Shown here piece after piece: positions 53,387-64,000 of a DNA stretch of 64,000 bases. Both the position numbers and the translations under genes were made by a program. Numbering within the stretch: the first letter of the stretch is position 1; each line of letters begins with the position of its first letter. The notes under the pieces were generated by a model. It worked only from the letters and a program-made list of their open reading frames with translations, was not told the origin of the DNA and searched no databases. The DNA is from Blastocystis sp. Blastoise. Taxonomy: Eukaryota; Protista; Bigyra: Opalinata. The stretch lies in contig JBBPEB010000029.1 of the NCBI GenBank assembly GCA_039096225.1, positions 186,001 through 250,000 on the forward strand, given 5' to 3'.

Positions 53387-56300
53387 TTAATATCCTTAAT
53401 TTAGCAGCCCAAAAGTACGGTGTCTCACACATTTTTCGTATTATTGACTTTGTTATTAACTTTTATAAAATAAAAATAACATCATAAAAACCGGAACACA
53501 ATTCTAAAAATGACTGTTAAATTTTTTTTTCGAAAACTCTAAATTTCTGGCTAAAAAACGCAAAAAACCATTTTCGCACAAAATTTTAACCAAAATTATT
53601 GGATTATTTTTATTTTATCCAATATTATTCATTTTTATAAAAACACTTATTTTTCCATTTTCATTTTTTATTGTTTTCTTATTTTTCCTATATCACTTCA
53701 CATACTCTATATTTATTTTTATAAAATTAACTTTTATTGACGGGTTGGTCTAATAAATAGTTTTGACGGGTAAATTTGTTTATATTTACAACTTGACAAC
53801 ATATCAATACACACATCACTAACTATAAACTCTAAAAACATTTCATATGTAATGATAATGACCTCAACTACTCTGAAACAACAATAATTCCTTTAAATAA
53901 CGACAAAAGACAAACTGATATCCAACACATTCCTTCTTTATAAACTTATTTGAGCTTTAATATATTTATCTAACCCTATATCCGTCATAAATATGTTTTA
54001 TATTTTTATAATATCAATTAAAAGAGAAACATTTGCTTTTAAAAATTTTTGTGTTTGACACCCAATTTTGTGATCATCAGATCTCAGTCGATATTAAACA
54101 TAAAATAAAAGTTAAAACATATTTGTAAACTAGACAACATAAATGTCATCCGTTTTTCATATTTTTGTTTAATATTGAATATTGACTGAGAAACATACAT
54201 TTATATGAAAAACATAAAAATGAAAAATTTCTAAAAAGGGTATATTTTGTGATCACTAGATCTCAGTCAATATTTTATAAAATAAAAAGGTTAAAGCTTA
54301 TTTAGATATAGGACAACCTAAATGTCATCCGCTTTTGTCACTTTTTCAAAATATTAAAAAATGAAGTCACAGGAGACAATAGTTGAACTCACTAAAAAAA
54401 TAACGTTCGAAATTTTTCTCAAAACTTTTTTATTTGTTTTTTGTCAATAATTTCATCATTAGCAATTTTATTTGACATTAGACTTTATATTTAAAAACTA
54501 TATATCAAAATAAACATATTTTATAATTTTTTATGGTTTTTAAAAGACTGTGACAACAGATCACCAGACAATGTTAACTCAATAAACTCTTAAAACGTTT
54601 TAATTAGTGTTTAGAATCATTCATGGACACTGAATATGATTTATTTGAAAAAGTTAGGACAACATGTTGAACTGATACAGACAATGTTTGTTTTAAAAAG
54701 TCAGTTATGAGTCATTATGAGTTGTAAATGTCATAAATATGCTTTAAATAAATAAATATGTTTTTAATTGTCTTTAATTAGTGAAATAAATCGTTTAAAA
54801 AAAGAAAACATTTTTGATACTATAGTTTATTTTGACAATTCCTCCATCAATATTAATTTATAAAAAATAAATAAAACTTATTTATAAACTAGACAACCTA
54901 TAGTTTATATATTTATAAAAATATTATCAAAATATAAAATAACTTTTGAGATAAAAAATTATATATGCAAAACATAAAAATTATTTTTTTTGAAAAAAGG
55001 GTATAGCTTATAACATTAATTTCTCAGTCAATATTTAATTATTTTATATATTTTTAACAAATAAATATAGAGAATAAACTATATTAACAATATAAATTTT
55101 AATATTTGAAATTAATAAAAAAATGAGTTCAGTAGAGTCAATAGTGTAACATGTTAAAAAACTGAAAATTGAAAAATCATTTTTCTAAAAATTTTCCAAA
55201 AGTTGACAAATCAAATTAATATTTTACAACTATTTTTTATATATTTGAAGACTAGGCCTTATATGTATTGCATATCTCAAAATAATAGTCAAAATTGGGT
55301 TAGACGAGTGTATGAGTATATGCACATGTTGACTCAAAATTTTATAAAAAGTAGTTCAATGTGTCCTAAACCACATATTAGGACAATTCTGAAAATACTA
55401 TCACTTTATAATGAGTTTAAAGGGTAAAATAGTTTTGAATTGTCTGTTTGACTGTCTTAAGTGAAGAGATTCAATACACTTTTTATAAAAATGAGTATTA
55501 GAGTGTTTAATGTTTATAATAATAAAAGAATTGTTTGAAATAAAGGTGGTTGTGTGTTTGACCAAAATGTTAAAATGAGTCTATTTTAAAAAAATGGTTG
55601 TAATAAGTATGTATAGAGTGTTTTATGAGTTTCTTCTATTAAAATTTACAATAAATAAACATTTTAAGTTGTTTAAAAAATTGATTCTTTATAATTACAA
55701 TAGTTAAGTTAAGAGATTCAAGTCACTTTTTATAAAAATAATAAATAGACGTATTATAGAATATAAAATATTAAAAATTAGTCTAATTAAATGTGGTTGA
55801 CTGTTTGATAGGAATGTTAAAATTGGTAAAAAGATTTTAATTGTTTCTAAAACAGTATAATACGTTTATTTTTGACTAAATACAAAACTATTATAGTTTA
55901 AAGAATGTTTTTTGTCTTTCAAAAGAACTAATTTTTTGTAATTGTGACTTTAAACAAAAGAGATTCAAGTTATTTTTTATAAATTAAAATAACAAATTAA
56001 ATATATATGTATATGAATATAAAATTAGTTAAAATAAAAGTGAGTATATGTATTTAAAAACTTTTAAATCTTTTAGAGTTTTTTTATAATAACTTATTTG
56101 TTTTATAAACTATATTTTATGTATAATAGGTAAAGTTTCCAAAGTATTTAAATCTATTTAGTTATGAAATGGAATGTAATTTTTGGTTTATATTTTAGTT
56201 TTTATTTCTTATTTCTAAAATGATTTTGATAACACTATAAAAATTGAATTAAACTTGAATTAATTAATTTAAAATAATGAAAAGATAATTTCTCTAAAAA

Positions 56301-57406
56301 TAATCTCTTTTACTTATAACGAATAAATTCTATTAATGATAAATATTAAAATAAGACTCTAATTTTTTTTGTTTATTATATAAAGTAATAAATATCTTTT
56401 AATTATTAAGAGTACTTTTGTATTAATAATTCAAACTAAAATAAGTATAATAAAAGAAAAATTATAATATTTATCAAATAATATCAAGATATGATTACTA
56501 TTTATATAATTAAACATTTATTAATTGAGAAAAGCTGTATAATAAAATTTCTAAAATATTTATATAATAGTATATATAAAAGGAAAGGATAAAATATAAA
56601 AAAACAAATAGATATCAAAATTATAATATTTTAAAAATAAAACAAAACAATATATGAAAAGAATATATAATGTTTTTTTTAGACAAGAGAATAAGCTATT
56701 TCTCACAATAATAATTATATAGACTAATTCAAATAAAACATAAATATTTAAAGGTAGGGTATAAGTGATAATAATATGTTTTAAAAGAAAAAGTATTTTA
56801 TAATCATATTGATATTATTTAAAATACTAAATATTTATAAAACTAAATGAATTGATAAAATACATAGAAAGTTATAAATGAAATAACAAAGAAAAGTGAA
56901 TTAATATTGAAAACTAAATAGAAATAGAAATAGAAATAGAAATAGAAATAGAAATAGAAATAGAAATAGAAATAGAAATAGAAATAGAAATATGAATAAG
57001 ATCAAAACTAAAACACAAGAGCTAATCAATTATCATTAATAAACAATAAATATATATAATCAATAATAAAAATAGCTAAAATAATACTAAATAAAAAAGG
57101 AAATAATACTCAAAAAATGTAATATAAAATGTTAAATAGGAATTATGAATAAATTGTGAATTAAATTATTTAGAATATACTAAACTAATAACTAAACAAT
57201 AGAAGATAACAACTAAAACAATTGAAATAATAATTTATAAAATATGAAATAGTCTTCATCCTAAAAATAAAAAAATAGAAATGAATAACAAAAACATAAA
57301 AATAAACATAATATTTAAAAAAAAATCAACATAAAATATAATAATTAAGAGATGACAACTATCAAAACTCAAGCGTAGGCTGGCGTAGCCAGTCGTGAAA
57401 CGCTTG
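53387..57406 (+). mobile_element. Non-autonomous Helitron-like element, 4,020 bp
   Basis: Inserted between A and T of a His codon with no TSD. 3' hairpin GGCTGGC-GTA-GCCAGTC (57378-57394) lies 12 nt before a CTTG end. Internal diverged repeats. Confidence 0.8.
56916..56992. repeat. (AAATAG)n microsatellite inside the Helitron
   Basis: About 12 units. Confidence 0.95.
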
Positions 57407-60400
57407 TATAAATAAATTTTGAGGATATACAGATTAAAGTTGCTATAATTCATATAGTATATATATAAATTTCATTTAATAGACTATTCAATATATATTT
57501 TATTGTTTGGAAATCGTTTTTAATAGAGCTTCTAATTTAAAACAACGAACATTGTATTCCTCAAACGAACTATGATTATACTAATAGTAATAAAAAAGTA
57601 GAATATGTTGTTATTTATATTATACTGATTATAGGAGTGATGATTAGAAATAGTAGAGGATTGTTATAGTAATATAAATTCTTCTTGTATTGCAAATCAT
57701 TCTTGTATTTCAAATACTAATAAAGAATACTCGTTATTTGTAAATATTGGCTGTTCATAGAAGGTGAATCATTTTATAATAGAAGATTATGAAATATAGG
57801 AAGAAATCATGTTTATATATTATGAATTATTATAACAATTTTATAACTATTATATTATATAAATAAGATTATTTTATTAATATGTTTTAGTATTTAAATT
57901 ATTTTATATATTTATTTACTATATTAATAATTAATAGATGATTGATTTCTATTGAATTTTGTTTATAAATAGTTTTTATAAAACTTAAATATATATATAA
58001 TTATTTTTTATGATATTCTACAAATTAAACAATATATGTCAGTATCATAGATTTAGCAGATGATACTATTTATTTTTTATACACTAATCGTTAATATATT
58101 TAATAGAAATATTTAAAGAAAATATTCATATAATAAAACTAGTTAAATATATATGTGATTAATTATTTAAATATATACATACATAATAATGCTATTAAAA
58201 AACAAATTGAGAAAAGTAAAAAGGCAATAAACTTATAGAATTATATATTTATTATTCAAAATTCACTAGTTATATAAAAAAAATATATAAATAAGAGTTA
58301 GGATAATATAAATGTCTAATCATATTTTAAATAGCTATTTATAATCTATGAAAGAATTCTATTTTTAAATATAGTTTTTAAATATAGTTTTCAACTATAT
58401 TAAATAATAGAGTATAAAACTATATAGAAAGTAAATAGTGTCTAAATTATTCTTTTAAAAAGATTTTATTACTACGAACTATTATTAATCTTTTCACATA
58501 TATATATTCTATTTAAAAAATGAACTATTTTACATTAAATGAAAAGAATTACTTCATTAAAAAACACTTTTTTTAAATAAATAATAGACAAATATATTAG
58601 AAAAGAACATAAAACTTATTATTTCTCACATAATTTACATGATATTTTTTATTTGAATATGACACTGTTTCCAATTATTTCAATGAAAATGTATTAACTA
58701 ATCAACTAAAGAAAACCATATCTTTTAACTACATTTTTACTCAATCATGTTATTCTTATCAAATGAATAATATTATTGTTATTTTAAAAATAAATGTATA
58801 GTTTTTTTTTCAATATATCTACTCATACTATGATATTATTTCTTTTAAGATATCTCTTTATTTATATTATATCTTTAATGCTTCTATTGTTATTTAGTTT
58901 TAATTATTTTAATATAATCCATAAATTACTCTTATATACTAGAATTTTATTTAACCTTTTATATATTACATTTTTTATCGTATGTATCTTCTGTACACAA
59001 TAGTTTTTGTATATAAAGTGAATAATAAACAATTATTATATAAAATATTTTATTATATATATATGTACACTTGCTTATAATTGTTCATCCTCTTAGTTCT
59101 ATTTCTTATTCTCTTTCATAATTTACTTTCTTTTGAAATAGAGATTTTATTACATTATTATTTTTATTCATTTTTTATTATTTTTTATGACTATATTTAT
59201 ATTACTTTATATCATATATAATTTTTCAAATCATTATCTAGTATTGTTATTATTATTTATATACATTAGAAACACTATATCATCATTAATACTATTATCA
59301 TAATTCTTTTTTTATTTCCAAATACTATAGACATATCTTTTTTTTCTTTCTTGATATATCTTCTGGTATTACTTAATATTTTTTATGTTTTCTATTCATA
59401 GATTTGTTGATATTGATACTAATCTTTATATATATATATTAAAATATATATATATATCTTTCCATTTCTATATAATTATCTATTCTTTTTACTATTCGAG
59501 ATTTAACTTTTATATTTTGTTTTGTTATTTTAGATTTATCTCATGTTATGATAGTTATATTTTATGAATAATTTAAGTGAAAGTAATAAGTATTAATATA
59601 TAAACTTAGGGATTTTTTTGTAAAATTTTCAAAATGCTCTATACTACAACCGTAATGATTATTTTATTAAAACTAAGATGCTACTATATATTATTTTTGT
59701 TAAAATAGTTAATAATGTGTTATAATATGTATTCTAATAAGATATTCAAAGACTTTATTCACTTTTATGACTATATTTTAGTATCACTTTCAGTTAAACT
59801 TATCTTTTATGAATAAGAAAAGATATAATCATATTACTAAACAACTTTTTTATATTATATTTTTTGATAATTGTAATAAAGCAAATCTTTACAGTGATAT
59901 GACAAGAAAATGATAAATAGTTTTGTTTAAGATAGTGTGGTTAGTTTTCTTTTTATATATAATAATTGTGTATATATTTTTTTATAGATTTATTAATATT
60001 AATTAAGAGAGTAAATATTCTATTTTCTTTTATTGTTAAAGTTAAAAATATATTTTATACATAGTAATAGTATTAATAGGTTATTTACATATATTAAAAA
60101 GTATCCAAATACATATTTTATTTATCATAGAGTTCATAGACAATTATTATAATAAATATAATATAAATATATGTTTTAAAATATTGTTAAAATATGTTTT
60201 TATGATTATACTTGATGGAAAGAACTAAATGAGTAGATTTTTAGAAATAAGCTAAATATAAAAAACTATGAATATCTGTATAATGATATAGAAAGAAATG
60301 TATTTCATAATATATGCATTAATAGCATAAATAATATCTATGTTTTTTAACGTATTTCATTTAATCTAAGGATTCAAGGAAGATAAGACTAATTAATAAG

Positions 60401-60822
60401 CTTGATTTTGATAAAGAAAAGAGTAGAGAATTTTGAATATAATAATAAAATTTGTTGAAGAAAGTAGAAATATTTAATGTGATTCCACTTCAGAATAGAT
60501 TAATGATGTTCTCCTGATAATCATTTCATATATAAGACTATGTTTCACATATTTATAGATATCTAAATAATATTTTAAGACAAATATTATTCATTTTTAT
60601 TGATCTGTTTTTAAAAAATATAATGTTTGAAAGAATGATTAATGATTTGATAACAGTAACATTTTTCTAGTTAATTCCAATAACCTAAACAAAGTATATA
60701 CTCCATTTCTTCAACTTGATTGACATAATTACAATTATCTTTCATTTTATTGAGAATAAATGTATTCTATACTATAATAGAAACATAAAGAGAATCTCAT
60801 TTTAAGTGAATACAGATAATAT

Positions 60823-62119
60823 TAGAGATTTACAAAAAACCGTATATGAATATATCACCGGTTTTTTTTTGAGAAAACCGTATATACGGTTTTTTATTTT
60901 ACTTATATCTCTTTTAATGTTTTTTTTTTATTGTTTATTAATTATGTATATTCATAAGAATTATAGTTGTAATAGAAAGAAACTTAGAAAAAAAAGAAAC
61001 AATTCCATTTGTTGACATTGTTCACAAAGTATCTTCGAATTTATTGTTTACTATATTATGATAATGTTAATTATGTTATGTATATATGTAAAAATCTAAT
61101 ATTATTGTAATACTCATGATATAAGTACTATTTTATAAGCAATTAATTATTTAATTTGATATTTTTTATACTATAATATTTCTCCTTTACTATAAATGCT
61201 ATTTAATACACAATAAACTAATATAATCAACATTTGATGAGCTTTAAAAAACTACATATTCTGTGAAATGTTTTTAATATCTTTCAGATTAATGTGCTCT
61301 ATCATGTCAACATCTTCATAAATAATTACATATCATAAATGATAACTGATATTACATTTTCACTAATTGTACATTGATTCTATTTTTATTTGACTCATTA
61401 ATAGTAGTAATGATTCATTTATACTTTATATCTCTCTATATAAATATTTCATGCTTTTAATATAGCTATAACTAGTATTTAAGAGAATAAAAAACATCAT
61501 TCATTTTATGATAGATAAATTTCAATGAAATTATAATAATATTATAAAATACATTGAGAAGTGATGATATATATCATATTATGTAATTATTTATAATATA
61601 GAGTCAAATATAGCCGATAATGTAAAAAAATGTTATAGTCACGGATTCATTGTATTTCCAAAAGAAGTTACTTCATTTTTTATTGATAAACGCAGATTAG
61701 AGTATTGAATAAGAACAATTAACTGATTCAATCAAAATGGACAAAAAGTGATTACTATCAATAGAGTTTAATCTACCCATAACTTGCTTGAGATTATCAG
61801 AAACAGTTATTATATGTTTGTAATATGACTAGATTAAGCTTAAATCTCTTTATTGTCTATATAATCTAATTAATAATAAAATATTTCTAAAAGAATATCA
61901 AGAAATAACTTAAATATATGAATAAGCCTGATATAAAACTTATAAAACAAAAAACAACTTTAAAAAATTAATATTTGACTTTATATAAGTAAAATAAAAT
62001 TCATATACGGTTTTAAAACCGAATATGGAATTTTGACTGAGAAATGAAAAAACCGTATATACGGTTTTCTCAAAAAAAAACCGGTGATATATTCATATAC
62101 GGTTTTTTGTAAATCTCTA
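60823..62119. mobile_element. Non-autonomous hAT element, 1,297 bp
   Basis: ~72-bp TIRs beginning TAGAGATTTACAAAAAACCGTATATG. 8-bp TSD GATAATAT at 60815-60822 and 62120-62127. Confidence 0.92.
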
Positions 62120-62424
62120 GATAATATGCTTTAAAAAAGTGAATAATGTGTTGTTTCTGAAATTTAATATGAATCTCAAATAAGTTTATCTGAAAAAGAC
62201 TGAATAAAAACCGCGAAAGTTGATGTTCAATAGAGTAATTTTTACAAAATTCTCATTAGTTTTTTTCAAAGATTTTCCAAGTTTTATTCTTTCTTATTTC
62301 AATGTTTCATGATAATTAGACTATATTCAGCAACTTTAGGATATTTATTTATTGATTAAATCAAGGTATATCTTTTAAGAATAATAACATATTATCCTTC
62401 TGTAATTATAGTTGAATTCAAGTA

Positions 62425-64000
62425 ATGTCAACAACAGAATTTCAATTAACTGAAGAGAAATGTATTTGAATATTATTAATAATACCTTAATCTATTTTTA
62501 GATTTATTTACATTCCAAGATGAGACGCAATTGTGGATTCCAAAAGAATTTATTGAGAAGTATCCTCAATTTCCCTTTTATAATATTATTGAGCACTCTG
62601 AGAAATATGATGATGGAAGTTATTATATAGATATGCTTCCTTTTCATATTGAACAAGTGATTTCTTTTTTAATGGAAGAAAACATGGATATTGATTCATT
62701 AGATTTGAAAGAAAGTTATGATATATATAAAACACTTTTTGAATACTCAGTTACGATCGATAAAGAAATTCAAAGTGATTTATTATTTCATATAGAAGAA
62801 TTATTCTATAAATATTTGAAAAATAATAATTGTCATGTAGATAGATATCGTTATAACTATGTCAAATCATATATGCCTATGGATTTATTTGATTTCAATA
62901 GGACATCAGTATGTATAAGAGGTAATTCTATGATTATTATTTATAAATAATATTATATATATAGGATTATTTACCCCTCAACGAAAAGATGAATTATTAT
63001 ATTATTCTCTTCTTATTAAAATGATGAATATTACTCAAGTTAGTATTGAATGTAAATATATATAATAATATAATATAAATAATAATATATATATAGATGA
63101 TTATTCTTCGAATATTCCATTAGAATATATATGTCCATCATGTATTAAAGATATATTCCCTTCATTAGAAAAATTAGCAATTACTGGTATATATATAATT
63201 TTATAATAATAAATATACATATAGTAATTACACATTATAAGAAAACTGATGTATTGTTGAATCCGAATAGTGATGAATATATAATGGAATATATTCGGTT
63301 ATTAAGTGAAAATGATTATGAAATAGAGAATCCTGAAGAACATGAATATTATACTGAATCAGAAATGAATGAATATAATAAGATTTCTTCTTTAGACCTG
63401 AATAAATTATATTATTCTCAGAATATGATTGAATCCTATAATAAAAGAAGAGAAAAGAATCAATTACCTAAATTATATAAATATATCGTTAATGAAGCTA
63501 TATATACAGATGATTATTCAAGTGTAGAAACTAATGAAGAAGAAGATGAATACACATTAGATGATGAAGTCAGAATTGAATATGATTGTATATATAATAT
63601 AAGAATATTATTTAGTTTATTATTATTATATATAGATAAAACAAATGATAAAACTTTCTCGTAAATAATTATATTATTTTTATTATACATTTTATTCTGA
63701 TACATTAAATAGTATTTATCAAGTATCTACTGAACATGGTATATCTCAATTATTACTTCTTCCTTCCTATTTGTGTATTTCAAAAATTGTTTTTAATGAA
63801 TGTAAATAAATATATATAATAAATATATTAATTTATTTTAGATTGGGGTTTTTACTGTATTCCTATGTTTTGCATGAAAATATTTGAAGAAGGTGTTCTT
63901 GATTCTTTAACTACATTAAAAATTAAATCGAGTATTTTCTTTTTGAACTATTATTAATATAATAATTCTGCATAGTTAAGAAATTAACAAATAAAATTGA
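62425..64000 (+). CDS. Multi-exon FQDET-family BTB-like protein, runs off the window end
   Basis: MSTTEFQLTEEK then FTFQDETQLWIPKEFIEKYP..GSYYIDM, the same N-terminal motif as the 47047-51021 gene. Confidence 0.7.

Larger units (their letters stand above)
52226..57800 (+). pseudogene. BTB-like + TLDc pseudogene split by a Helitron
   Basis: In-frame TAA at 52805 plus frameshifts. The TLDc segment WKLLFR/ASEH..FHKYCDNKGETVTIIKHIGHNNH resumes after the insertion as INKF*GYTD*S, NEHCIPQT, ..NHFIIEDYEI. Confidence 0.8.

Noticed and set aside
57900-60800. Possible decayed gene near 60360-60560
   Set aside because: No frame or motif could be supported; treated as AT-rich intergenic DNA.

Overview
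Very AT-rich, intron-rich eukaryotic DNA. It is probably a protist; the BTB/TLDc gene expansions are compatible with a herptile-type Blastocystis, but that is inference only. The window is dominated by a three-level nest of DNA transposons whose ends and target-site duplications (TSDs) can be read directly. A 35.3 kb CACTA element (7977-43252, TSD AAT) carries a CACTA transposase, a divergent accessory gene, a captured SCC2/NIPBL pseudogene fragment and a small spliced non-coding unit. A 23.1 kb Mutator-like element (MULE; 10078-33226, perfect 9-bp TSD AAAGTAGTA) sits in an intron of that accessory gene and has an intact 6-exon transposase. A 2.8 kb terminal-inverted-repeat (TIR) element lies inside the MULE. 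The ~19 kb MULE cargo has no recognisable protein gene. It holds multi-exon, apparently non-coding units, kilobase strand-asymmetric purine/pyrimidine tracts, and two homologous non-canonical tRNA-like cloverleaves (24961-25028 and 31857-31922). These cloverleaves show compensatory base changes in three stems and different anticodon loops, and are the best candidate for an undescribed system. Flanking host genes are a WDR44-like WD40 gene, a BTB-BTB-TLDc gene, a YdjC deacetylase-GLT1D1 glycosyltransferase fusion, two paralogues of a BTB-like family and a TLDc pseudogene split by a 4.0 kb Helitron. A 1.3 kb hAT element with an 8-bp TSD also lies here. Exon boundaries were read by eye.
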